A DNA stretch of 41,685 bases from Chloroflexota bacterium (GTDB lineage Bacteria; Chloroflexota; Dormibacteria; DASZGP01). Positions within the stretch are counted from its first letter, which is position 1, and the number at the start of each line of letters is the position of its first letter. Location: assembly GCA_034666445.1 (NCBI GenBank), contig JAXDLV010000068.1, positions 1 through 41,685 on the forward strand, written 5' to 3'. Shown here piece by piece: positions 25,106 through 38,235 of this stretch. A model generated the notes under the pieces. It was not told the DNA's origin. It worked only from the letters and a program-made list of their open reading frames with translations, and did not search any database. The translations under genes and the position numbers were made by a program.

Positions 25106-25131
25106 AAAAAAAGAGGCCGCCGAACGCAGCC
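25106..25131 (-). terminator. Intrinsic-terminator-like hairpin + T7 run between ctpA and lpdA
   Basis: The minus strand reads GGCTGC-GTTCG-GCGGCC (6-bp stem with one G-U) followed by TCTTTTTTT. The T-run ends 10 nt before the lpdA ATG (25095). Confidence 0.4.
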
Positions 25132-25218
25132 CCAACGAAGGCACGGCCGGGAACCCCGGCAGGCAGGCAGATCTTCACAGCAACGCCCATTCTAAGCCCC
25201 CCACCCGGCCGCGACGGC

Positions 25219-26517
25219 CTACTTCAGCGCCGTCAGCGCCGCCTGCAGCTGGGCGTCGGCTTTGGGGTCTGACGAGGCGTCGACCACGTCCCAGGCGTTC
25301 TCCGGCTTGTCGAGGGCGACGTCCTTGTCGGGCGTGATGCCGTTGCGCTCGATGGTCTCCCCGTTGGGGCGGTACCAGTAGGCGATCGTGAGATGGAGGT
25401 CTCCGCCGTTGCGGAGGACGAAGTCGTCCTGCACCGAGCCCTTGCCAAAGCTCTTCTTGCCCACCAGCGTGGCGCGGTGGTTGTCCTCCAGCGCGCCGGC
25501 CACGATCTCCGAGGCGCTGGCGGTGCCCTCGTCGATCAGGACCACCAGCTTCTGGGAGAAGGCGACGCCGTGGCCACTGACCTTGTGCTCGTCGCGCTTG
25601 CCATCGCGACCCACGGTGACGACGTTGATGCCGGACTGGACGAACTCCGAGGTGACCCGGTCGGACGCCGAGACGAAGCCACCGCCGTTGCCGCGGAGAT
25701 CGAGGATGACCCTGCTATCACCCCGGTTGAGGCCCTGCTGCAGCTGGGTCTCGAAGTCGTCGCCGGTCCGCTCGCCGAACTCGTAGATCCGGATGTAGAG
25801 CACCCCGGGGGCGACGTCCTTGCTGCGCACCGAGGGTGCGTTGATCTCCTTGCGGGTGATGTCGAAGTCCATCGACTGGCCGGCGCGGCTGACCGTGAGC
25901 TTGAGCGTGGTGTCGGCGTTGCCCCGGATGCGGTCGGAGACGTCGGTGATGGCGACGCCGTCCACGCTCTTGCCGTCAATCGCGGTGATGACGTCCCCGG
26001 CCTTGACGCCGGCCCGCTGCGCCGGGCTGTCCGGCAGGACGTCGATGATCGCCACCTTGCCGTCCTTCGCCCGCACCGTCACGCCGATCCCGGCAAAGCG
26101 CCCCGACAGGAACTGCTGGTTCTTGTGGAACTCGTCGGGCGTCAGGTACGCCGAGAAGCGGTCGCCGAACTTGTCGTTGAGGTACAGCTGCACCATCCCC
26201 TTGGCGGCGCCGTTGAAGGCGTCGTTCTCACTGAGGTCGGGGCGCGCGTACTGGGTGTTCATGAAGTCGTACACCTGCTGCAGCGTGCCGAAGTCCAGCC
26301 CGTTGCTGTGCCGGGCGAACAGGATCGGGCGGATCTGGGCGTCCAGCTCGGGACCGAAGTGGAACTGGGCCATCACCCCTCCGTAGAAGGACAGCGGGAT
26401 CACCAGCAGCATCAGGAGCCACGGGGTCCAGCGGCGCAGCCGGCCGCGGCGTCGCGGCGGCGCTACCGGCGCGGGCTGCTCGTCCTCCTCGAGTGGGTCC
26501 CCTTGGCTAACAGCCAA
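25219..26517 (-). CDS. ctpA: S41 family carboxyl-terminal processing peptidase with PDZ domain
   Basis: N-terminal TM, PDZ (IIDVLPDSPAQRAGVKAGDVITAIDG), DLRGNGGGF, catalytic Ser in GTASASEIVAGAL and Lys in KSFGKGSVQ. Confidence 0.88.
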   Translation of the reverse strand: MAVSQGDPLEEDEQPAPVAPPRRRGRLRRWTPWLLMLLVIPLSFYGGVMAQFHFGPELDAQIRPILFARHSNGLDFGTLQQVYDFMNTQYARPDLSENDAFNGAAKGMVQLYLNDKFGDRFSAYLTPDEFHKNQQFLSGRFAGIGVTVRAKDGKVAIIDVLPDSPAQRAGVKAGDVITAIDGKSVDGVAITDVSDRIRGNADTTLKLTVSRAGQSMDFDITRKEINAPSVRSKDVAPGVLYIRIYEFGERTGDDFETQLQQGLNRGDSRVILDLRGNGGGFVSASDRVTSEFVQSGINVVTVGRDGKRDEHKVSGHGVAFSQKLVVLIDEGTASASEIVAGALEDNHRATLVGKKSFGKGSVQDDFVLRNGGDLHLTIAYWYRPNGETIERNGITPDKDVALDKPENAWDVVDASSDPKADAQLQAALTALK

Positions 26518-27706
26518 CGTAGCGACAGGGGTCGACCGGGGACTCGTTGAGCCTGATCTCGAAGTGGAGGTGGGCGCCGGTGCTGAAGCCCGTGCTCCCC
26601 TCGTATCCGATCCGCTGGCCCTTGGCCACCCCCTGTCCGCTGCTGATGGCGAAGCTCGACATGTGGCCGTAGAGGCTGGCGAAGCCGTTCTGGTGAATGA
26701 TGATCACGTGGTTGCCGTACCCGTAGTTGCCCGGGTACGTGTAGGCGATGCCGCCGTCGGTGGCGTCGATCTCGCTGCCGTACGGCCCGCCGATGTCGAT
26801 GCCGGTGTGGAAGTAGGGCCGCGAGCCGGGGCAGGAGTAGCCGGAGGGCGGCGGCGGCTCACCGGCGAAGTCGGTGCAGCCGAAGTCCTGGGTGATCGGA
26901 CCCTGCACCCCCGGCCAGGCGAAGATGCCAGAGGAGTGGGCCCGGCCACGGGCCGCCTGCAGCTGGGCGATCTCGCTGTTCACCTGGGCCAGCGCCGCCT
27001 TGGCGGCTGCCACCCTGCCCGCGAGGTTGAGCTCCTGGCTGTGGAGCTGGGCCTTGAGGGCCGCCTGGCGCACGTACTGGCCCTGCAGCGAGCTGGTCTG
27101 GTCCTGGATGGCGGCGGTGGTGGCGGCCTGGGTGTCGCGCTGCCGGGCCTGCTCCGACAGCAGCCGCTCGATGTCCTCCTTGTCCTGCTTGATCTGGTTG
27201 ACCAGCAGCTGGTTGGCGTGGGTGACGTCGGTCATCAGGATGTAGCGGTTCAGCAGCTCCGAGAAGCTGTTGGCGGTGAAGAGGCTGTCCATCAGCTGGC
27301 TGTCGCCGCCCTGCTTGTAGAGGATGCGGTTGCGCTGGTTGAGGATCTGTTGCTGGCGCGCCTGCTCGGCCCGCTTGGCGTCGAGCTGGCGCTGCGTCTC
27401 GTCGAGCTGGCCAGTGATGGCGTCGAGCTTGGCGTTCTCGGTGGCCAGCTTCGCCTCCGCCGCGGCAACCTGCCCGTTGAGCACGTTCAGCTGCTGCTGC
27501 AGCGCCGCCTCCTGGCCCTGCAGCGACTGGATCTGCTGCTGGTTCTGGTTGATGCCGTTGTTGAGCTGCTGCTGCTTGGCCCTGGCGTCATCCAGCTGGT
27601 CGGCGACCACGGCGCTTGCCGGCGTCACCGCCAGCAGCAGGGCCAGGATTGCAACCAGCGAGACCAGCCGCCGCGCGCGGGCGTCCCGCCTCATCTCAGG
27701 AATCAT
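26507..27706 (-). CDS. Coiled-coil M23/LytM family metallopeptidase (EnvC/PcsB-like position after ftsEX)
   Basis: Signal/TM segment, Q-rich coiled coil (QQQLNNGINQNQQQIQSLQGQEAALQQQL), HTGIDIG and GSTGFSTGAHLHFEI. It overlaps ctpA by 11 nt. Confidence 0.85.
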   Translation of the reverse strand: MIPEMRRDARARRLVSLVAILALLLAVTPASAVVADQLDDARAKQQQLNNGINQNQQQIQSLQGQEAALQQQLNVLNGQVAAAEAKLATENAKLDAITGQLDETQRQLDAKRAEQARQQQILNQRNRILYKQGGDSQLMDSLFTANSFSELLNRYILMTDVTHANQLLVNQIKQDKEDIERLLSEQARQRDTQAATTAAIQDQTSSLQGQYVRQAALKAQLHSQELNLAGRVAAAKAALAQVNSEIAQLQAARGRAHSSGIFAWPGVQGPITQDFGCTDFAGEPPPPSGYSCPGSRPYFHTGIDIGGPYGSEIDATDGGIAYTYPGNYGYGNHVIIIHQNGFASLYGHMSSFAISSGQGVAKGQRIGYEGSTGFSTGAHLHFEIRLNESPVDPCRYVGC

Positions 27707-27710
27707 CGCC

Positions 27711-28596
27711 CTAAGCCTGCAGGAACCGCCGCACGCCCAGCCAGCTGCCGAAGGCGCCGAGGCCGACGCCGACCAGCGCCATCACCAGGCACAGCTGCCA
27801 GATGAAGCCGACGTCGTAGCTGAGCGGGAGGAAGGGGACCGAGCCGCGCACCGAGTCGACGAACGGCCGGTAGCCGCCCGCCACGACCACCACCGCCAGC
27901 ACCGACGCGATCATCCCGGAGAGCATGCCCTCGAGCAGGAACGGGCCGCGCACGAACCAGTCGGTGGCGCCCACCAGCTTCATGACCTCGATCTCCTTGC
28001 GCCGTACGAAGACGGCGGTCCGGATCGACATCATGATGATGAACACCGCCACCGCCCCCAGCCCGATCAGCAGGATGCCCCCGGCGACGCCGATGAACTG
28101 GCTGAAGAGGACGACACGGTCGATGACGTCCTTCTTGTAGTTGGTGGCCCCCGCCTTGTCGAGGATCGGGCTGTCCTTGACCTCGTTGGCGATCCCGTCA
28201 AGGTCCTGGATGTTCTTGACGTCGACGTCGAGGGAGGCCGGCAGCGGGTTCTGGCCCTCGAGGTTCTCGATCATGTCCGGCGGGATGCTGGGGTCCTCCT
28301 TGTAGCGCGCCAGCGCGCTCGCCTTGTCGACGTAGGTGACCGAGCGTACCCGCGGGTCGGAGCGGAGGCGGTTCTCCATGGCCATCGTATTTTGGAGAGG
28401 GGTGCTGTCCCGGATGAAGATCGAGATGGTGCTGGCCTTGGCCTTGAGGCTGCCGATGGCCTGGTTGAAGGAGTGCCCCAGCACCAGCGCCACGCCGGTC
28501 ATCAGCAGGACCACGAACATCACCGACACCGCGAAGGTGGACAGGCCCTTGTTGCGCCAGAAGTTCTGGATCGCGACCCGGGGCGCGAAGAGGACG

Positions 28597-28607
<11 letters not shown>
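27711..28607 (-). CDS. ftsX: Cell division ABC transporter permease FtsX
   Basis: TM1, a large extracytoplasmic domain, then 3 C-terminal TMs. It overlaps ftsE by 11 nt in typical ftsEX arrangement. Confidence 0.88.
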
Positions 28608-29364
<757 letters not shown>

Positions 29365-29558
29365 AATCTCCGAGGTCCCCGGTGACGTGACCGGGGATGC
29401 GGCCTCCTTCGGCTGGCCGGCGCCGTGCAAGCGGCCCTGACCATGGGGCTTTTCCAGGACGTTCCCACTATAGCATCCGCGTATTCGGCTCAAGATCAGA
29501 AATCGGCGGCTTACAATGGCCCCGTGGCGGCCCCCAAGACGTCCTTCCCGGGCCACGT

Positions 29559-30851
29559 ATGAGTCCCTTGCGGTCTGCCGCCACGGCCGCCGCGGAGGTG
29601 CCCGGCCGGGGCCTCAGCTGGCGACCAGGGCTGGGGACGGCGGTGGTCGCGGTCCTCTGCGTGGTCTTCGCGGGCTGGCTGTTCACGCCTGCGTGGGCGG
29701 ACCAGCGCGGCCCCGACAGCAAGGACTTCTATGCCGTCGCGACCCTGTCGGCGCGCGGTGGCAATCCATATGACCCGGCGCAGCTGGGCGCGGAGGAGGA
29801 CCGCCTCTACAACCGGGGCGGGGCCGTCCGCGTCGGCGACCCGGGCTATTACGCGTTCAACCCGTACGGCTACCCCCCGCTGGTAACCTCCGCCCTTCGG
29901 CTGGCGGAGGGCGTCGGCCCCGACGCCTTCTACCTCGGCAGCGCCATCCTGCTGCTGGCCGCCGGCGTCGCGGGCTTCGAGCTGCTGCTGGCGACGCTCC
30001 ACTGGCGGCGACGCTGGCTGGCCCGGCTGCTGTTCCTCGCCTCCACCCCCATGGCCCTCTCTGTCTTCACGGGCAACCCGTCGCCCATCCTGCTGCTCGC
30101 CTGGGCCGGCGCGCTGTGGCTGATGCAGCGCGGGCGGCCCGTCCTGGGAGGCGCGGTCCTCTCCGTGTGCCTGCTCAAACCGCCTGTTGGCCTCCCGGTG
30201 GCCGCAGCCCTCCTGCTGGTCGGCCCGGGGCGCCGCCCGGTGGCAACGGCGGGGTTCGCGGGTGGCGCCATCGCCTGGGCGGCAGCCAGCGTGGCGCTGG
30301 GTGGGGTCGAAGCTCACCTTCGCTGGATCGAGGTGCTCGTGGGCTACGGAGGCGGCCTGGGGCCCGGCGCGCGTGCGTCAGCGTTCTCCCAGCTCGGCCT
30401 GGTCGGGGTGCCTGCGCTGCTGATGGACCACGTGCCCACCGTCGTCGCGGTCGGCGCCGTCGGCGCGGTCCTTGGGGCCCTGGTCGCGTGGGCCTGGCGC
30501 GCGCCCGGGATGCAACCGGCGGTGAAGGGTGAGCGGTGGGTGGCGCTGGCCCTGCTGGTGGCCGCCGGCCTGGCCCTCACCCCCTACGTCCACCTCAACG
30601 ACCTGGTCCTGGAGGCGTTCCCGGTCCTGGTCCTCGCCTCCAGCCGGCTGGACATCGCCGGCCGCCTCACGCTCCTGGGTGCCGCCCTCGGCGCGCCGCT
30701 GCGGATCGCGCTCTCGCTGGTGACATCGGTGTTCCTCGGCAGCGCCCCGGGCACCGGCAGCACCCCCGGCTGGGGCGTGGCGCTGACGGCGATGCTGGTC
30801 GTGTGCCTGGTCCTGGTGGCGCGCCGGCCGGGCGCGGCGGTGTCGCCATGA
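29559..30851 (+). CDS. DUF2029/GT87-like polytopic membrane glycosyltransferase candidate
   Basis: KDFYAVATLSARGGNPYDP after TM1 resembles the DUF2029 (PimE-type) signature as I recall it, followed by about 10 further TM segments. Start set at ATG 29559, the first ATG before TM1. Confidence 0.6.
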   Translation: MSPLRSAATAAAEVPGRGLSWRPGLGTAVVAVLCVVFAGWLFTPAWADQRGPDSKDFYAVATLSARGGNPYDPAQLGAEEDRLYNRGGAVRVGDPGYYAFNPYGYPPLVTSALRLAEGVGPDAFYLGSAILLLAAGVAGFELLLATLHWRRRWLARLLFLASTPMALSVFTGNPSPILLLAWAGALWLMQRGRPVLGGAVLSVCLLKPPVGLPVAAALLLVGPGRRPVATAGFAGGAIAWAAASVALGGVEAHLRWIEVLVGYGGGLGPGARASAFSQLGLVGVPALLMDHVPTVVAVGAVGAVLGALVAWAWRAPGMQPAVKGERWVALALLVAAGLALTPYVHLNDLVLEAFPVLVLASSRLDIAGRLTLLGAALGAPLRIALSLVTSVFLGSAPGTGSTPGWGVALTAMLVVCLVLVARRPGAAVSP

Positions 30852-32263
30852 ACACGCCCGCGCTGAAGGGCGGCGACCCCCTTCGGCTGGCGATCGCCGT
30901 GTCCGCGCTGGTGGTGGCCGGCGCGGTCACGGAGCTGCTCCTCATGGCCGGCGTCCCCGGGCTGGCCTGGCCCCTGGTGCTGGCGGCGATGGTGGCGACG
31001 GTGGCCCTCTGGCGCCCGCGGCCCGAGGCCCTCGCCGCCCTGTTGCTGGTGGCCGGTGTCGAGCTGCTGCTGCCCGTACACACTGGCGGCGGCCGCTACA
31101 ACGACTGGCTCCTGCACTACGAGATCAGCCTCCACTACGCAGGGCTGCCGACGCCCGTGGACCCCGGCTTCCTCTCCGCCAGGACGCCGTTGTTCCACCA
31201 GCTCGCCGGGGCGGTGCTCGCGCTGCGTGCGGACTACTGGGTCTTCCAGCTGGTGGCGGTGTTCCTGAACAGCCTGTGGCTCTGGCCCGCCGGGCTGCTC
31301 CTCGGCGAGCGCGGCGGCGGACGGGCACGCCTGCTGGCGGTGGCGCTGTCGCCATTCCTGCTGGCCTACGGCGTGTACACCTGGCCGTGGGCCTTCGCGG
31401 GGTTCTTCATCCTCGCCGCCACCTACCTCGCCGGACGCCCCGGTCGGATGGCGTGGGCCGGCACCGGGGTGGCCATCGGCGCGGCCTTCCTGGCCCACTC
31501 CGCCACCGCCGGCTACGGCCTGGGACTGACGGCGTTCTTCGCCGCGCGGGAGCGCGACCGGCTGCTGCCCGCGCTGGGGATGGGGGCGCTGACCGCGGCG
31601 ACCCAGCTGCCGTGGACCTTCGCCATCACCGGTGGGGCCGGACCGTTAGGTGTGCTGCTGGCCGTGGACCCGGTCGTGCAGCGCGTCCCGGTGGACGTCT
31701 GGCTGCTGACCCGCCTGCTGGTCGTGGCACACTCCCTCATCCCGACGCCACCGCTGCTGCGCGGCTGGGAGGTGCCGGACACAGTGATCGTGGTGTTCGT
31801 CCTCAGCCTGCCGGGGGCCCTGATGGGCCTCCTCCTGGTCGCGCGCCGCTGGCTGCGCCGGCCAGGGCCGCTGCCCTGGATGCTGGCGTTCGGCGCCGGC
31901 CTCGGCCTGCTGGCCTATCCCCCGCAGCAGTTCCTCAGCGGGATGCTGGACGCGCTCTTCCCGGGCGTGCTGCTGCTGACCGTGGCCGTGGTTGCGGCGA
32001 TCCCGGATTCGATCGTGCGTCGGCTTCTGACCGTCCAGGCAGGACTCGCCGCGCTCTTCCTCGCCGCACTGGCGCTGGTCTCGGCGCTGCCGTCAGGCGC
32101 GGACCCCAATGTCGCACTCAAGCTTGGCTACGGGGCGCGCTTCGCGGTGGAGGCGCTGACGCCGGTGCCGGGCGTCGGCCTCCTTGCCCTCGCCGCGGTG
32201 ACCGGGTTTATCGCGCTTCGGCCTGCGCCCTCGTCGCCTCCCAGCGCAGGTAGCTCTCCATGA
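30848..32263 (+). CDS. Polytopic membrane protein, GT-C-like
   Basis: ATG 30848 overlaps the upstream stop (ATGA). There are about 12 TM segments, and a loop RYNDWLLHYEISLHYAGLPTP...ARTPLFHQL follows the early TMs. The 3' end overlaps the prfB 3' end by 56 nt. Confidence 0.5.
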   Translation: MNTPALKGGDPLRLAIAVSALVVAGAVTELLLMAGVPGLAWPLVLAAMVATVALWRPRPEALAALLLVAGVELLLPVHTGGGRYNDWLLHYEISLHYAGLPTPVDPGFLSARTPLFHQLAGAVLALRADYWVFQLVAVFLNSLWLWPAGLLLGERGGGRARLLAVALSPFLLAYGVYTWPWAFAGFFILAATYLAGRPGRMAWAGTGVAIGAAFLAHSATAGYGLGLTAFFAARERDRLLPALGMGALTAATQLPWTFAITGGAGPLGVLLAVDPVVQRVPVDVWLLTRLLVVAHSLIPTPPLLRGWEVPDTVIVVFVLSLPGALMGLLLVARRWLRRPGPLPWMLAFGAGLGLLAYPPQQFLSGMLDALFPGVLLLTVAVVAAIPDSIVRRLLTVQAGLAALFLAALALVSALPSGADPNVALKLGYGARFAVEALTPVPGVGLLALAAVTGFIALRPAPSSPPSAGSSP

Positions 32264-33372
32264 GGCCGTCGAGGTCGCCGGCCAGCACCCCGGTGGCATT
32301 GCCCACCTCGTAGCCCGTCCGGTGGTCCTTGACCTGCGTGTACGGCTGCAGGACGTACGACCGGATCTGGCTGCCCCACTCCGCCTTGACATGCTCGCCC
32401 TTCAGCTCCTGGACGTGGTCGAGGTGCTGCTCCCGGGCCAGCGCCAGCAGCTTGCTGCGCAGGATCTTGAGGGCGACCTCCTCGTTCTGGTGCTGCGAGC
32501 GCTCGTTCTGGACGCTCACCACGATGCCGGTGGGCAGGTGCGTCAGGCGAATGGCTGATGACGTCTTGTTGACGTGCTGGCCACCGGCCCCGCTGGACCG
32601 GAAGGTGTCACGACGGATGTCCTTGTCGTCCAGCTCCACGTCGCTCTCGTCGACCTCGGCCAGCTCCGGCACCACCTCGACGCGGGCAAAGGAGGTATGG
32701 CGGCGGTGGGCGGAGTCGAAGGGCGACAGCCGCACCAGCCGGTGGATACCGTGCTCACCGAGCATCCAGCCGTAGGCCCGGGGGCCTCGGATCGCGAGCG
32801 TGGCGCCCTTGAGCCCGGCCTCGTCTCCGGGTGTCGCCTCGATGACCTCCACCTTGAAGCCACGCCGCGCCGCCCAGCGCTGGTACATCTGCATCAGCAT
32901 CTCGGCCCAGTCCTGCGCATCGACCCCACCAGCCCCGGCGGAGAGCGACACCAGCGCGGGGCGGTCGGCGTAGGGGTCGGAGAACAGGAGGTCGATCTCC
33001 TCCCGGTCCAGCCGCTGTCCGAGCCTGGCCAGGCCCGCGCCCACCTCGGCGCTCAGGCCTGCGTCGGGCTGGTCGGCCAGCAGCTGCAGCATCTCCACCG
33101 CGTTGCTCGCCTCCCCCTCCAGCTCGTCGATGTCGCCGATGCGCTGGCGCAGCGACGCCGCCTCCTGGGTTATCGCCTGCGCCTGCCGCTGGTCGTCCCA
33201 GAGTCCGGGGTCGTTCAGCCGGGGCTCGAGCTCCTCGAGGCGGCCGGCGAGGGCAGGGACGTCAAAGATGCTCCTTCAGCTGCGCCACCCGGCTGTAGAG
33301 CCTGTCCGCCAGCTCGGCGAGCTCGCCGTCGGTGGATGTGGGCGCGGCCTGGTCGCGTGTCTCCTGGCTCAC
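32208..33372 (-). CDS. prfB: Peptide chain release factor 2, two frames joined by a programmed +1 frameshift (33372..33265 then 33263..32208)
   Basis: The track ORF 32208..33098 contains LSPFDS (SPF) and SSGAGGQHVNKTSSA (GGQ) but lacks the N-terminus. The same frame is open upstream to GAC at 33263 (DVPALAGRLEELEPRLNDPGLWDDQRQAQ...). A short frame-0 ORF (MSQETRDQ...RVAQLKEHL) ends at CTT TGA. The start is uncertain (GTG 33372 or TTG 33393). Confidence 0.9.
33261..33276 (-). promoter_or_regulatory. prfB +1 frameshift site: internal SD-like AAGGAG, 3-nt spacer, CTT TGA C
   Basis: The minus strand reads AAGGAGcatCTTTGAC. This is the canonical RF2 autoregulatory slippery site with an in-frame UGA followed by C. 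Confidence 0.9.
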
Positions 33373-35045
33373 GCCCCGAGTATATGGAGGCAACGCCGGC
33401 CGGCCATCAGCCGCCAACCCGGTACAGGGCGGTCGCGCCGCAGCGGTGGACGGGGGCGCCCGCGACCCGGGCCGGGTCGAGGCCCACGCCGGTCTGGCGC
33501 TCGCGCGGGCCGAAGTAGATCCAGTCCACAGAGCGGCTCACCATGTAGTCCGTCGCCGGCCGGCGACCGGCGAGGAGGTCGCGAGCGGCCTGCACCTCCT
33601 CGGCCGAGTGGGGCGTGTACGAGGGATCGCCATAGACGGCACGAACGTGGGCGTATGTGACGCTGAACCACTCGCTGTCGGGGCCACCGAAGACCACGTC
33701 GTCGCCGCGGGCGTTGTCTCGCAGCCACGCCAGGCAGGCGGTGTCGTCGGCGCTGACATACGGCGCGTCCGCGCCGGCCCGGGCGACCGCCGCCGGCACC
33801 AGCGTCAGCACCATGATCGACGGCGTCGAGGCCACCACCAGCGCAGCCGTGAGGAGGCGCCGCGGGCGAACCCCGCGCAGGCGCGGCAGGATATCGCGCG
33901 CCAGGGCCCAGCCGGCGAGGCCCGCAACGGCCACCGGCAGGCCCTCACCGGCGTGCCAGCCGCTGGCCTGCGGCGCCAGCACCAGCACCGGGGTCGCCAG
34001 CACCACTCCCCAGAGGAGCACCACGCCGGCATTCGCCGCACGCCCCGCCCGTAACAGCGACGGCAGCCCCACCAGCGCCAGCAGCCCCGGTATGCCCACA
34101 CCGAACAGGAAGTACGGCACCAGGGCGTGGATCGCCCCGGGGCTGTCCTGCGCCAGCGCCCCCTGGACCTGGGCGTCGGTGCGGGTGAGCCAAAGGCTGA
34201 GCAGGGCATAAGGCGCCCCCCCGGCCAGCACCATCAACGCCCTGCCCGCGGCGGCCGCCGGCGGCCTGCCGTCGCGCCACCACGTCCACCCCAGCAGCAC
34301 GGCGGCGGCCAGCGCCAGCAGGATCACCCGCTCGGGGTGGATCACGGACAGCGCAGCGGTGGCGGTCAGCCCCCAGGCCACCGCCCACCGCCGCCCGGGC
34401 GAGCCTGAGGTGACCTTCAGCAGGGCGCGGAGGACCACGACGATGAGCAGCAGCGTGGCCACCAGGTGCGGCTCCCGCACCATCGAGCCAAAGGCGCTGG
34501 CCTCCGCCAGCTGGAGGTCGAAGGGCGCGTCGCCGAAGCTCAGCGCGGGCACCAGCGTCGGCACCAACCCGAGGCCGGCGGTGAACAGCAGGAACACCAG
34601 CGCCAGGCGCCGCGACAGCCGTTCGGCCAGCGCCTCGGCATACAGCCGCCACGCCTGCCAGGCCAGCAGCGCCGACAGCACGACACGCGCCAGCTGGTAA
34701 ACCACCGCGACCACCGCCGGTCCCGCGCCAGGAGGGACGAGGAAGCCAAGCGCGCCGTAGAAGAGGTTGATCGGCAGCGCGGGCAGCTGCTGGTAGGTGA
34801 AGTAGGCGCGCCACATGCCGAGGTCGGTGTAGGCGTGGGTCATCGAGGTCAGGTAGCGGTACTCGTTCTCGGGCGCGAACAGCACGCCCGTGTAGGTGGC
34901 GCCCGGCGGCGTCGACAACAGGACGATGGCGTACGGGATGCTGGGGAGCACCGCCGCCAGCACGACGCAGCAGAGCAGGAACGCGCGGTCCCGGCGCGCG
35001 CCGCCGGGCGTCAGGACGGCCTGGGGGTTACCGCCAGCGGGTTGG

Positions 35046-37856
<2,811 letters not shown>

Positions 37857-37923
37857 CTGGTGACTAACGGTACAGGATCAAAATCGCCCCCCGGCAAGGT
37901 CCGTTCGGGCTGCTGCGCCGGGC

Positions 37924-38235
37924 CTAGCGCTTGTGTCCTTTGATCCGCTCCTTTCGCCGCCGCAGCTGCTCGTCGACCTTGTCGGTGACCAGGTCGACCG
38001 CCTCGCGCAGCCCGTGGGCGGTGACCTTGCCCTGCACCACGCCGCCGTTGACGTGGACGTGAAGCTCGGCGACCTTGGGTGGGTCGACGCTGTGCTTGCC
38101 GGCCACGTCAAGGTCGAGGCGGGCGTCGATGATGCGGTCGAAATGGCGGTCGAGCCGGCGCACCTTGGCCTCGGCGTACTGCCGCAGGCTGCTGGAGACG
38201 TCGACCGCGTGGGCCGCGTGGATCACGACATCCAT
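37924..38235 (-). CDS. hpf: Ribosome hibernation promoting factor / RaiA family, short form
   Basis: The pattern LRQYAEAKVRRLDRHFDRIIDARLDL...AELHVHVNGGVVQGKVTAHGLREAVDLVTDKVDEQLRRRKER matches the S30AE family. ATG 38235 overlaps the permease stop (TGATG). Confidence 0.8.
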   Translation of the reverse strand: MDVVIHAAHAVDVSSSLRQYAEAKVRRLDRHFDRIIDARLDLDVAGKHSVDPPKVAELHVHVNGGVVQGKVTAHGLREAVDLVTDKVDEQLRRRKERIKGHKR

